Source of the DNA: an uncultured bacterium
GTDB taxonomy: Bacteria > Cyanobacteriota > Cyanobacteriia > Phormidesmidales > Phormidesmidaceae
NCBI GenBank assembly: GCA_966674685.1
Contig: CBKWJC010000009.1
Span: 25,490-89,489 of the forward strand
DNA: 64,000 nt
Reading direction: 5' to 3'
Shown here: positions 10,169-19,898 of the stretch, piece by piece
Numbering within the stretch: the stretch's first letter is position 1
How the letters are laid out: each line of letters begins with the position of its first letter
Notes under the pieces: generated by a model
Seen by the model: the letters and a program-made list of their open reading frames with translations, nothing else
Told to the model about the DNA's origin: nothing
Database searches by the model: none
Program-made: the position numbers and the translations under genes

Positions 10169-10242
10169 GGTAGGGGCGTTAGCGTAGCCATGCCCGCAGG
10201 GCTATATGGCCATTCGCCCCTACCCCAGCCATTCGCCCCTAG
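10169..10242. repeat. mini-palindromic element GGTAGGGGCGTTAGCGTAGCCATGCCCGCAGGGCTATATGGCCATTCGCCCCTACC (intact copy)
   Basis: The termini GGTAGGGGCG / CGCCCCTACC are inverted. A short duplication of GCCATTCGCCCCT follows. An interrupted copy lies at 16249-16388. Confidence 0.7.
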
Positions 10243-10270
10243 CAAAATTTTGAAAATAACCAATTAGGAA

Positions 10271-13200
10271 TTACGTCAGGTCAAACTCATCGAAGGAGAC
10301 CGTCGGTAGATCCATTGGCAGAACGGCGCGGTTAAAGCTCGCTTTCTGGCTTTGCCGCTGGGTCGCCACTTCAACTGTGACCGCTTCAATTTGCACTTCC
10401 AGACAGCCTTTCGGCACCACTAGCGGCACAACCGTCTCCAGATATCCCTGACCGTCTGGTTCTAGATCCGCCAGCCAGCGGGGGCCATCGAGAATCGTTC
10501 GCATTTGGCGATCGCTCATCCAAAACTTGACGTAGACCCGCAGCGGATGGGACGGCAAGCGCACCTGCACATCAAGCGCTTCTCCGGCTTTGAGATCACC
10601 AGATGGAATCTTCAACTGCGGCACGGGCAGAGGCGGCAGGTTCGACCAGCTATCGATATCGGGTTCAACGGCGTCATTGAGCGGGTTGGAATAGGCCGGA
10701 TCTGCGATCGCAGATGAACCCGATGCAGCCATAACGTCAGCCTCAACATCATCGACGACAATTTCATCGTCATAAATCACGACCTCATTGGCCGTCAGTT
10801 CCGCTTCTCTCGCTAGCTCCTCGGCACTGGGAGACGGATCAAAATCGGGCAAGAGCGACTCGGTGGGCAACGAGGCAGAATCACCGCTGTCGGGTTGCTC
10901 ATTTGCATCAGACGGGAAGGATTGAAATTCGCTCAGTGCATCAAAATCAACTCCATGCGGACGATAGGCCGTCGAATCCTCAATTTGCTGCATTTGTGCC
11001 GCCTGAGCATCAAAAGCGAGAGCCGAGAGTCGTGAGAAAAATCGATCGTGCAAGTTGAGAGACGAAAACGACTGCTCCAGCGGATTCACGGGTGCGGCTG
11101 TGACACCAATATCCAGATCAAATGTGGGTTCTACATTGGTTTCATCAAATTCATCAAACTCCGCCTCATCGGTATCCAGCTCGCTTGATGTTACGTCTAC
11201 GTCCTCAGCTTCTTCAGCATGCCAAGCATCGCTCAGATCCTCAGCATCGGCTGCGGCAGAGCTGACTGTCTCGCTAGTCTGCTGATTGACAACTGTTTCG
11301 AATAGCTCGGCATCATCTGTCTGTAAGCCCTGTACTGATTGAGTTTGATCAGTCTCAGGAACGGCTGCTGGAGTTGGTGCATGAGCGGCTAAATCAGTCT
11401 TTAGATCCTCCACGTCAGCCGTACTGGCAACGGCATCAGCGGCTGCTAATAGGTGATCAGCGGCTAAATCAGCGGCTGCGATCGCATCTTCACCGTGCAG
11501 GTTGCCCGTTAGCGATGGATCAATATTCGCTGCAGCGTTCGCTGCATTATTCAGTGCATGATTAGGTGCATGATTGGGTGCATCAACGGAAGACACGACA
11601 GCAGAGGGCGATTCCTCTGCCTGTTTCGTCATCTGGTTTTCCAGGTCATCCGCACTGGCCTGTGCAGCCGCTTGAGGCTGAATTGGTCGCAGCGTCGGCA
11701 GTTTGGGCAATAGCGGTTCAAAGCGCACAGAGGAATTGGCTGAAGCGGATGGGGCGGGTTGAGGAGCTGGCGGAGCAGTTGGCTGAGGCGGGGGCGATGC
11801 GATCGCGGGATCGGCAGGTTGAGCCTGATCGTGTTCGTGGCTAGCTAGCTTGGATGAACTGGTTCGAATTTGCGGCGGCAGCGACATACCCAGATTCGGC
11901 TGAAAGCGAGCAGGCTGGAACGGAATCGCTGGCGGCGCTGAAAATTCAATTTTAGGTTTAGCAGGCTGATCGATAGCTGATTCAGCCTCCGCAGGTAACG
12001 CTTCGTCCGGCTGGGTTGAGAAGTCGGCAACGGATGTCGCGACATCCACTGGAGGCGCATCAAAATTAAACAATTCAACCGGATCAGCCGCTTCCTCTGC
12101 CGCAAACACATCCTGATTTGCGATCGCATCTAGCAGTTCATTCAGATCCGTGGTGATCGAAAACTCCTGGGATGCTGAAACCAGTAGCTGTCCTTCAACC
12201 TCGGCAGTGAGCGTTACTTCACCCAGGATTAAATGCGACCGCTGAGCAGGCGGCGCGATCGCAACTTGGAACGTCGTGGGTAAAGACTGTGCCGCAACTG
12301 TCTGTTGAATTCGATCAACCGTCTGAGCAGTTTGCGGATCAAACAGACGAATGGTGAGGACGCTTGCGGGTAGCTGAGGCGAGTCCACCTGATCGGCAGA
12401 TGCAGCAGATGAATCAGCAGATGAATCGGCCAGTGTGATCGCGCCTGTCAACGGAACAGAACGGCCACCTTTGACAATATAGGCATCGGTCTGGAGCTGG
12501 AGTTGAACGGGACGACCAGCCAGCGTCAACCTATCTGCTGCGTCAGCGGATAAGGTGCGATCGCGATTCGTAACCGAATTGGGATCGACATCCCGCTGCG
12601 GATCAATGGCAGACTCGACATCTAAAAACGCCTCGTCAACCACGTCCTGCGACATCTGCTCAGCCAAGGAGCGCCAATCTGCATGAGTCGGTTGTGCATC
12701 ATCATGCGGCATCGTGGTTTCCGACGAGGGCACGGCTCCATCCCAGTCGTCTCCTAACGTAGCTGTTGCCGCATCATCAGCGTCCCCAGCAGCATCGCAG
12801 GTAGACGCATCCAAATCGGGCTGTATCTGGACAGGTTCCGGGAATTCAGTTACTGGCTCAGGATCACTTGCTTCCGCTTCGGCCAGAGACTCTGGCACAG
12901 CAGTATCCGCTGCAATTTCTTCCGGCTCATCGACATTAACGGTCTCGGCATGGGTAGGAACGTCCACCGCTTGATCCGTCTGCTCAGGCAGTGCTAGATC
13001 GGCTAAATCTAGCTGAACATCGGTAATTGAGACCGTATCTGAATTGAGATCACGGGCAGCGGCATGCAGTGCGATCGCATCAGCATGAGTCTCTGAATTG
13101 GCGCTGGACGCGTCAACAACTGGGCCTGACCAATCATCATCAACTAAATCTTCTTGCGCGATGACTTGCAGTTTGACGGAGTATAACCACCGCTCACCCA

Positions 13201-13501
13201 CAAAATCAGACATCAAATCATTCGTGCAGCGCAGTTCCCATATACCGGGGCGAAAGTGAACAAACGGCACGATGGAAACCAGACCGGAATTATTGGTATG
13301 TGCAGAACGGTTTTTGGTGCGCCAGCGGGGCGGCACATCTTCTGGAGACGTATGGCGGATTTGAATCTCAACTGGGATGTCTTTGCGGCTGGAGCGGGCC
13401 ACGATCCGATAGCGACCTTCGAGAATCTCCACGTCGGAAGATTCCAGCGGGAGCCATGAGCGATCGCCTTTCTTTTGAAGCAAAAATTCCCAGTATTCCA
13501 T
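10271..13501 (-). CDS. large acidic, mostly low-complexity protein with structured N- and C-terminal domains
   Basis: 1076-aa intact ORF. About 115 N-terminal and 115 C-terminal residues have ordinary, apparently structured composition. The roughly 850-aa centre is rich in D, E, A, P, Q and S. Confidence 0.7.
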   Translation of the reverse strand: MEYWEFLLQKKGDRSWLPLESSDVEILEGRYRIVARSSRKDIPVEIQIRHTSPEDVPPRWRTKNRSAHTNNSGLVSIVPFVHFRPGIWELRCTNDLMSDFVGERWLYSVKLQVIAQEDLVDDDWSGPVVDASSANSETHADAIALHAAARDLNSDTVSITDVQLDLADLALPEQTDQAVDVPTHAETVNVDEPEEIAADTAVPESLAEAEASDPEPVTEFPEPVQIQPDLDASTCDAAGDADDAATATLGDDWDGAVPSSETTMPHDDAQPTHADWRSLAEQMSQDVVDEAFLDVESAIDPQRDVDPNSVTNRDRTLSADAADRLTLAGRPVQLQLQTDAYIVKGGRSVPLTGAITLADSSADSSAASADQVDSPQLPASVLTIRLFDPQTAQTVDRIQQTVAAQSLPTTFQVAIAPPAQRSHLILGEVTLTAEVEGQLLVSASQEFSITTDLNELLDAIANQDVFAAEEAADPVELFNFDAPPVDVATSVADFSTQPDEALPAEAESAIDQPAKPKIEFSAPPAIPFQPARFQPNLGMSLPPQIRTSSSKLASHEHDQAQPADPAIASPPPQPTAPPAPQPAPSASANSSVRFEPLLPKLPTLRPIQPQAAAQASADDLENQMTKQAEESPSAVVSSVDAPNHAPNHALNNAANAAANIDPSLTGNLHGEDAIAAADLAADHLLAAADAVASTADVEDLKTDLAAHAPTPAAVPETDQTQSVQGLQTDDAELFETVVNQQTSETVSSAAADAEDLSDAWHAEEAEDVDVTSSELDTDEAEFDEFDETNVEPTFDLDIGVTAAPVNPLEQSFSSLNLHDRFFSRLSALAFDAQAAQMQQIEDSTAYRPHGVDFDALSEFQSFPSDANEQPDSGDSASLPTESLLPDFDPSPSAEELAREAELTANEVVIYDDEIVVDDVEADVMAASGSSAIADPAYSNPLNDAVEPDIDSWSNLPPLPVPQLKIPSGDLKAGEALDVQVRLPSHPLRVYVKFWMSDRQMRTILDGPRWLADLEPDGQGYLETVVPLVVPKGCLEVQIEAVTVEVATQRQSQKASFNRAVLPMDLPTVSFDEFDLT

Positions 13502-13765
13502 CTCAATCCTCTTAAAGGATGTGCTGCCGATGCATCTAGTGGTCTGTCAGGTTACTGTTACTGTGTGGGATTAACGCAGGATTACCCACCACAGTCAACC
13601 GCATGCTGTATGCGTGAATGCTGAAATTGTTCGAGACTAGCAACCATAGTGTAAGCGAAGCATCCAATCTTGGATCATGCCAATAAAATTTAAGGTTTCT
13701 TTGGCATTTTAGTTGCGATTCGTTGCGACTTCTTTGGGCGTGATTTAATTTGCCCATCACTGTAA

Positions 13766-13828
13766 GGGCAGGTTTTGTTGACCCATTTTGCGTTAGACCG
13801 ATAACCGAGTGGCTAAACCCGCCCCTAC
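13766..13828. repeat. GGGCAGGTTT...AAACCCGCCCCTAC hairpin mini-element
   Basis: 10-bp arms with one mismatch. It shares the CGCCCCTAC terminus with the 10169 element. Confidence 0.4.
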
Positions 13829-13868
13829 AACGGATTGCCCGTACATAGATAGGGTGTATGTTTTCGGA

Positions 13869-14849
13869 TTAGGCGTTCACTTCCAGTTGAGAGACGGGTG
13901 CGGAATTTGTCGATGCTGGCGCTATCTGGGGCTTGATGCCAGCTTGTTCTAGAATCTGCGGAATCAGATCCTCGCGGCGCACGGCCATCATGTGGACGCC
14001 ATGACAGAGCTGCTGAGCGATTTGCACCTGCTCAGCAGCGATTTTAACGCCTTCCTGGAGGGGATGTTTAGCCTTTTCCAGCCGATCGATGATCTCGTCG
14101 GGAATCTGGACTCCCGGTACACAGCGATTGATAAAGCGGGCATTCTTGGCCGATTTGAGTAAAAAGATCCCCGCCAGAATTGGCTTGTTGGCGGGGGCCG
14201 CAATCTGGGTCATAAACTTGTCGAGCCGCTCAAAATCGGAAATGAGCTGACTCTGGAAAAACTGCGCCCCGGCTTCTACCTTGCGCTCAAAGCGGCGCTG
14301 GAGTCCTGACCAGCTCTTGAGCTGCGGGTCAACGGCAGCACCGACGAAAAGATCCGTCGCGCCATCGGGCATTTCTTTGCCGTTATTGTCCAAACCCTGA
14401 TTCATCTGGTCAATCAGCTTCAGCAGTCGCACCGACTCCAGCTCAAAGACCCCGCGCGCATCCGGATGATCGCCTGCTTTGATCGGATCGCCCGTTAGCG
14501 CCAGGATATTTCGTAAACCCAGGGCATAGGCTCCCATCAGGTCAGCCTGGAGCGCAATTCGGTTGCGATCGCGGCAGGCCATTTGGCAAATTGGCTCCAC
14601 GCCATGCTGATGCAGAATCGTCGAGGCAGCTAGAGACGACATGCGTAAAACCGCTCGGCTACCATCGGTGACATTCACTGCATGTACCCACGGCTTCAGC
14701 AGCCGCGCCATCTTTATCATGTGGCTGGGATCACCCCCCTTGGGCGGCATCACTTCAGCCGTGACCAAAAACTCGCCCGCCTGAACAGCGGCGCGAAATC
14801 GAGATGTTGCGGGACTAGTGCCGTTGGTGGTGGTCGGAAAAACAGGCAT
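13869..14849 (-). CDS. metF: methylenetetrahydrofolate reductase
   Basis: 326 aa with VNVTDGSRAVLRMSSLA and ILALTGDP motifs typical of MetF. Confidence 0.9.
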   Translation of the reverse strand: MPVFPTTTNGTSPATSRFRAAVQAGEFLVTAEVMPPKGGDPSHMIKMARLLKPWVHAVNVTDGSRAVLRMSSLAASTILHQHGVEPICQMACRDRNRIALQADLMGAYALGLRNILALTGDPIKAGDHPDARGVFELESVRLLKLIDQMNQGLDNNGKEMPDGATDLFVGAAVDPQLKSWSGLQRRFERKVEAGAQFFQSQLISDFERLDKFMTQIAAPANKPILAGIFLLKSAKNARFINRCVPGVQIPDEIIDRLEKAKHPLQEGVKIAAEQVQIAQQLCHGVHMMAVRREDLIPQILEQAGIKPQIAPASTNSAPVSQLEVNA

Positions 14850-15071
14850 GAATCGCTACATTAAAAACCGATGACAGTGGTCTTGACTCTGGTTGCAAAA
14901 ACCAGTCTGGTCTGATCGCCAGATTTCATATTATGAATCTCTATCATCGTTGATCGAGGGTCTTCAGGAAAGAGAACTCCCGTTCGATTCGTTGATCGCT
15001 ACTCACAAATGATATCGATTGCGCGAGGGGCGAGGTATCTGTAGGAGGTTTGGTTGACTGGCACATCTTTT

Positions 15072-15114
15072 CCCCTCATCCCTAAATCCCTTCTCCCCTT
15101 GTGGGAGAAGGGAC
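15072..15114 (-). terminator. CCCTCATCCC...CCCTTCTCCC/GGGAGAAGGG hairpin element downstream of trpS
   Basis: On the minus strand the stem CCCTTCTCCC-ACAA-GGGGAGAAGGG is followed by ATTT. It belongs to the same family as 16454-16543. Confidence 0.55.
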
Positions 15115-15139
15115 TTCAAAAAATTCCTTGCTACCAAGC

Positions 15140-16189
15140 TTATAGCGGTTTGGAGTAGCCGAGGGCGTCTTTGACTTTGCCCAGGGTTTGATCTGCGATC
15201 GCACCTGCTTTCTCTCGACCGTTACGCAGAATGGTTTCTAAGTAAGCCTTGTCGCTCCGCAGTTCGTGATACTTGTCCTGAATCGGTTTGAGGCTTTCCA
15301 CTAAAACTTCCGTGAAGGCAGGCTTAAACTGGCCCCAGCCCATTTCGGTGCCCTCGGCGGCGACTTCCTCTTTGGTCTTGCCGGAGAGAATCATGTACAG
15401 CGTCAGCAGGTTTTGGCACTCTGGCCGCTCAGGATTATCAAATTCCAGACCGCGCACCGGATCGGTTTTGCAGCGCTTGATTTTTTTTGCGATCGCATCC
15501 GGCGGATCGAGCAGATCAATCCGGCTCATCTCGGAGGGATCAGACTTGGACATTTTCTTAGTGCCGTCGGTCAGGCTCATCACCCGTGCGCCTTCGGTCT
15601 TGATCATCGGTTCAGGCACTTTCAGGATCGGCTTCTTCTCACTGCCGTACTGGAAGTTGAGCCGATTGGCGATATCGCGCGTCAGTTCTAAATGCTGCTT
15701 CTGGTCTTCGCCGACGGGGACGAGATCCGGCTCGTAGAGCAAAATATCGGCAGCTTGCAGGACAGGATAGTCGAGCAGACCAATGCTGACGTTTTCGCCC
15801 TGCTTGACGCTCTTTTCTTTGAACTGGATCATCCGCTCCAGCCAGTTGAGCGGCGTAATGCAGTTGAACAGCCAAGCCAGCTCGGAATGCGCCGGAATAT
15901 GGGACTGCACAAAGATGGTGGATCGCTCTGGATCAATGCCGCAGGCGATGTAGAGCGCGGCAACTTTGTAGGTATTCTCGGCCAGCGCTTTCGGATCGTG
16001 GGGCACCGTAATCGCATGTAGATCCGCCATGAAGAGAAAGCTGTCATACTCTTCCTGGATTTCGACCCAGTTGCGGATCGCTCCTAAATAGTTACCGAGA
16101 TGAAGTTCTCCAGTTGGCTGAATTCCTGACAGAATGCGTTTTCCCATCGTTTCAGGCATAGTCTTGGGCGGTTCCCCTGCAAATTCCAC
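15140..16189 (-). CDS. trpS: tryptophan--tRNA ligase
   Basis: Class I motifs are present: GIQPTGELHLGNY (HIGH region) and KMSKS. The start may be an internal Met at 16159 or 16147. Confidence 0.95.
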   Translation of the reverse strand: MEFAGEPPKTMPETMGKRILSGIQPTGELHLGNYLGAIRNWVEIQEEYDSFLFMADLHAITVPHDPKALAENTYKVAALYIACGIDPERSTIFVQSHIPAHSELAWLFNCITPLNWLERMIQFKEKSVKQGENVSIGLLDYPVLQAADILLYEPDLVPVGEDQKQHLELTRDIANRLNFQYGSEKKPILKVPEPMIKTEGARVMSLTDGTKKMSKSDPSEMSRIDLLDPPDAIAKKIKRCKTDPVRGLEFDNPERPECQNLLTLYMILSGKTKEEVAAEGTEMGWGQFKPAFTEVLVESLKPIQDKYHELRSDKAYLETILRNGREKAGAIADQTLGKVKDALGYSKPL

Positions 16190-16248
16190 ATCGCAGATCG
16201 TAACAAATCTTAGTCACTAAAAACCTGGAAGTCGTCATTTTACGCGCT

Positions 16249-16388
16249 GGTAGGGGCGTTAGCGTAGGTGCATGATCCCCCGCTGTCGCCGCCCCCTTAA
16301 AAAAGGGGCTATTCCAACTCTGGCTCAAAGTTCCCCCTTTTTCTAAGCGAAGCCATGCCCGAAGGGCTATATGGCCATTCGCCCTTAC
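16249..16388. repeat. copy of the GGTAGGGGCG mini-element interrupted by an 83-bp second element (nested insertion)
   Basis: 16249-16267 and 16351-16388 align with the halves of 10169-10223. The segment 16268-16350 is an unrelated insert carrying CCCCCTTAAAAAAGGGG and GTTCCCCCTTTTTC motifs. Confidence 0.7.
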
Positions 16389-16453
16389 GTAACACCATAA
16401 AACCCCAAAAGAGGCATGTTTCCGCCACGATATCTGTAGCATAGGCGGAGGAT

Positions 16454-16543
16454 GCCCTCATCCCCCAACCCCTTCTCCCGCAGGAGAAGAGGAGCCGGAT
16501 CAGAAGTCCCTCGCCCTGCGGGAGAGGGATTTAGGGTGAGGGC
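16454..16543. repeat. palindromic GCCCTCATCCC...GGGTGAGGGC element
   Basis: Outer inverted termini enclose two inner hairpins, CTTCTCCCGCAGGAGAAG and CCCTCGCCCTGCGGGAGAGGG. It is related to 15072-15114. Confidence 0.6.
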
Positions 16544-16582
16544 AACCAGGCATGATGCAGAACAAAATGCCTCTTTCGAGGT

Positions 16583-17416
16583 TTAAGGCAACCACGGGTA
16601 TTGGCGGAAATCCGGTGGGCGCTTTTCTAGGAATGCCTGTTTGCCTTCTGCGCCTTCCTGGGTCATGTAGTAGAGCAGCGTGGCGTTTCCGGCTAGTTCC
16701 TGTAAACCCGCTTGTCCATCGCAGTCGGCATTAAACGCCGCTTTAAGGCAGCGAATCGCGATCGGACTTTTCTGGAGAATTTCCTGCGCCCACTGTATGC
16801 CCTCAGCCTCAAGCTGATCCACAGGTACAACGCAGTTCACCAACCCCATATCGAGGGCTTCCTGGGCGCTGTACTGGCGGCAAAGGTACCAGATTTCGCG
16901 CGCTTTTTTCTGGCCAACGATGCGCGCCAGGTAGCTAGCGCCAAAGCCACCGTCAAAACTGCCCACTTTTGGCCCTGTTTGACCAAATATGGCGTTATCG
17001 GCGGCAATCGTCAGGTCACAAACAATATGTAAGACATGTCCACCTCCGATCGCATATCCGGCGACGAGGGCAATTACCACTTTGGGCATGGAGCGAATCA
17101 GCCGCTGCAAGTCTAGGACGTTTAAGCGGGGAATGCCTGCGTCATCGACATAGCCTGCTTCGCCGCGCACGCTCTGATCGCCACCGGAGCAGAAGGCATA
17201 TTTGCCGTCGGTATGCGGCCCTGCGCCAGTGAGTAGGACAACGCCAATGCGGGTATCCTCCCGCGCGTCGCAGAAGGCGTCGTACATTTCAAATACGGTT
17301 TGGGGACGGAAGGCGTTGCGTTTGTGGGGACGGTTGATGGTGATTTTGGCGATTCCGTCGGCTTTGTGATAGAGAATGTCTTCGTAGGTTTTGGCGACCT
17401 GCCACTCGACTTGCAT
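16583..17416 (-). CDS. menB: 1,4-dihydroxy-2-naphthoyl-CoA synthase
   Basis: 277-aa crotonase fold. The N-terminus [28 protein letters not shown] and the FCSGGDQ motif match MenB. Confidence 0.93.
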   Translation of the reverse strand: MQVEWQVAKTYEDILYHKADGIAKITINRPHKRNAFRPQTVFEMYDAFCDAREDTRIGVVLLTGAGPHTDGKYAFCSGGDQSVRGEAGYVDDAGIPRLNVLDLQRLIRSMPKVVIALVAGYAIGGGHVLHIVCDLTIAADNAIFGQTGPKVGSFDGGFGASYLARIVGQKKAREIWYLCRQYSAQEALDMGLVNCVVPVDQLEAEGIQWAQEILQKSPIAIRCLKAAFNADCDGQAGLQELAGNATLLYYMTQEGAEGKQAFLEKRPPDFRQYPWLP

Positions 17417-17455
17417 AAGTACATCGCTTCAAAAGTCCTCAGGCATTGTATCGCG

Positions 17456-17923
17456 TTACATCTGCAACACTTTACGAAACACGACCTTATCGTCACCTGT
17501 GGCGTAAAAGTCGCGAATCCGGGCGGCTTCTTCGTAGCCACACTTTGTATAAAACTGCCGGGTACGCTCAAGCTCTGGTAGCCCAGACGTTTCAACTAGC
17601 AGCATCCGTACACCCCGCTGAGCTAGCGTCTGCTCGACATAGTGCAGCAATCTGGCACCGCGTCCTTGGCCTTGGCGATTGGGGTGAATGGCAATCAGTT
17701 GCAGATTCCAGGTTTGGTCGGTCATCCGCTCTGGCTCACAGTAGGCCACTCCTACTGGCCCGTTGTCATCGTCGGTGAGCCAAAAGGGTTCTGTGTCGCT
17801 GCTGTTTGAGAACTCAGCCAACATCTGGCGTAGCAGCTCTAGCCCGCTGGGTGGAAACAGTCCGGTTGCCTCTGCTAGAACAATGAGAGCATCCGTGTCA
17901 TCGGGTGTAGTGGGTCGAATCAT
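17456..17923 (-). CDS. GNAT-family N-acetyltransferase
   Basis: 155 aa with the acetyl-CoA motif HPNRQGQGRGARLL. Confidence 0.8.
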   Translation of the reverse strand: MIRPTTPDDTDALIVLAEATGLFPPSGLELLRQMLAEFSNSSDTEPFWLTDDDNGPVGVAYCEPERMTDQTWNLQLIAIHPNRQGQGRGARLLHYVEQTLAQRGVRMLLVETSGLPELERTRQFYTKCGYEEAARIRDFYATGDDKVVFRKVLQM

Positions 17924-18180
17924 GGGCTAGCCGCACAAAGAGTTGATGGATTTCCTAAGCATACTACACCGTAATACAAGAAATGCGATCGCACTTTGAC
18001 CCGTAATTCAGCTCAATGGCTGGATTGGCTAGCCATGCAGACAACACATTTAGCCTTATGTGACACATCTCACACCGTCACATGATCACAAACACAAACT
18101 GTATTCGGAAACACCGTTTGCTGAAGCTGAAGCTATGGTCTGTCAAATCAATTGCCCCCTTTAGCCCCCTTTTAAACTTT

Positions 18181-18954
18181 ATGGTTGTACAAAATACTTC
18201 ATCAGCTCAAACCAGTCCGCTTAGCCGGATTGCTGTGTTTAGCTATGGCCTCGTCTGCTACGCCATCTTTTTGGTGACTTTTTTATATGCCTGCGGATTT
18301 ACCGCGAATTTTGGCGTGCCGCGCTCGATTGATTCTGCCCCTGTCATTCCGCTACGCTATGCACTCTTGGTAGACGTGGCGTTGCTGGGTCTGTTTGGGC
18401 TACAGCACAGCGGTATGGCTCGTAAGGGCTTTAAGCAGTGGTGGACGCAGTTTGTTCCTAAGGCGGTTGAACGAAGCACCTATGTGTTGTTCTCTAGCCT
18501 CTGCCTGATTACGCTGTTCTATTTCTGGCAGCCGTTGGGCGGTTTCATCTGGCAGGTGACGAATCCGACTGGTGTGGCAATTTTATATGCGCTGTCGGCT
18601 TGCGGCTGGCTCATCGTGCTGAGTACGACGTTTTTAATTAACCACTTTGACTTGTTTGGCTTGCGTCAGGTTTGGCTCTATTGGCGGGGCAAGGAGTATG
18701 CGCCGCTCCATTTTGTAACACCTGGCCCTTACAATGTCATTCGCCATCCGCTCTATGTTGGTTTTATGCTGGCGTTCTGGGCGACTCCGGTGATGACGGT
18801 TGCTCATTTGGTCTTCGCCTTGGGCACAACGGGTTACATTCTGGTTGCGATTCAGCTCGAAGAACGCGATCTGATTCACACCTTTGGCGAAACCTATGAA
18901 AACTATCGCCGTCGAGTGCCAATGCTGATTCCGTTTTTGCGGCGGCAAAAGTAA
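18181..18954 (+). CDS. membrane methyltransferase-family protein (ICMT/PEMT/MddA-like)
   Basis: Polytopic membrane protein with the C-terminal motif RHPLYVGFMLAFWATP...EERDL...FGETYENYRRRVP. The ORF opens at 18082, and the ATG at 18181 is the likelier start. Confidence 0.7.
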   Translation: MVVQNTSSAQTSPLSRIAVFSYGLVCYAIFLVTFLYACGFTANFGVPRSIDSAPVIPLRYALLVDVALLGLFGLQHSGMARKGFKQWWTQFVPKAVERSTYVLFSSLCLITLFYFWQPLGGFIWQVTNPTGVAILYALSACGWLIVLSTTFLINHFDLFGLRQVWLYWRGKEYAPLHFVTPGPYNVIRHPLYVGFMLAFWATPVMTVAHLVFALGTTGYILVAIQLEERDLIHTFGETYENYRRRVPMLIPFLRRQK

Positions 18955-18986
18955 TCAGGTTCATGATGCCAATTGAATAAATTACA

Positions 18987-19019
18987 GAAGTGCGATCGCA
19001 GTTTTTAAAGTGCGATCGC
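18987..19019. repeat. paired extended-HIP1 motif (GAAGTGCGATCGCAG-N6-AAAGTGCGATCGC)
   Basis: The same 15-mer and 13-mer recur at 22384-22418. Confidence 0.6.
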
Positions 19020-19039
19020 GTTCTTTTTTGTCAAGCTAA

Positions 19040-19375
19040 TTAGCTGAGATAGCGAGTCAGGATGCTGATGTGGTCGTCAGGTTGGCGCTGGGAGAGAATG
19101 CGCGCGACATCTCCAGCACTGGGGCAGGGGATGGGCTGGCTCCACTCATTCGCTTCGGCAAAACCACGACGGTGCAGGTTTTTAATCGTGACAATGATGT
19201 CGGGGCGAGAGCCGAGCAGGATAATCCGCAGGGGATGACGACCCTCGCGTTGGGGATGGCTGGGATTGGCCGCAGCAGCTTGTGGCGCTGCATGGGGTGC
19301 AGCACCGAGAATGAAGTATGTCATTGGGTTTTCCTGTGTTTTTGACTTTCTGAGAAAAGCCAAAAATCCAGCCAC
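19040..19375 (-). CDS. small hypothetical protein
   Basis: 111-aa ORF with host-like GC. An alternative start is the Met at 19324 (MTYFILG). Confidence 0.45.
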   Translation of the reverse strand: MAGFLAFLRKSKTQENPMTYFILGAAPHAAPQAAAANPSHPQREGRHPLRIILLGSRPDIIVTIKNLHRRGFAEANEWSQPIPCPSAGDVARILSQRQPDDHISILTRYLS

Positions 19376-19898
19376 CCCGCGTTCGTGCAGCGCAATACAG
19401 GGTGGCTTGGGAGAAGCTATAATCCTCCAAGCCTCCGCGTTGCTGGTTCAACGTGGCAGGTTAGCTATCCAGGGTTGTGTCCGCAACTCTGGGTAGCGTT
19501 GGCTAGATTTTTGGTGCCAGTCGCCGCACGCTTGTTCACGGCTACGACAGCTTAACGTTTCACAGTACGGGATTTAGTCGGTGGAGTCAATATTAGTTTA
19601 TTGGCAAAAACGAGCCTCATACCATTTATAAGTGACTCAACACTTTACACAGTGCTAAAAGTTACCTGGATTGAGCTATTTAGAGAAAAATTTCGTTTTT
19701 TAAAGTTTTGACGCACTACAGTCATCTTTTTACCAACATAAAACGAATATTGTTATTAGTTTAATAATGAAGCACTTACTATATGTAATAAGAATCACTG
19801 AGTATAATTCTTCAAATCACACTAAAGAACTAAATTGCCTCCAATACATAAAAAGATATTTTCAGATATAAGCCAAGCATGGAATTCTAAAAGGCTAC

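Noticed and set aside
11861-11869. GGTTCGAAT is a tRNA T-loop-like string.
   Set aside because: It lies inside the 1076-aa CDS. No acceptor or anticodon stems could be formed around it. No tRNA genes were found anywhere in the window.
11055-12974. Several 60-95-aa plus-strand ORFs inside the large acidic gene (11055-11285, 11566-11844, 12714-12974).
   Set aside because: They are antisense frames of a long, low-complexity, GC-rich CDS. Their Ser/Ala-rich compositions are typical of shadow ORFs.
19590-19898. Looked for parS-like or iteron repeats in the AT-rich leader of the islet operon.
   Set aside because: Only a 10-bp direct repeat (TATTAGTTTA, about 19594 and 19754) and weak short palindromes were found. 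This is not distinguishable from chance in AT-rich DNA.
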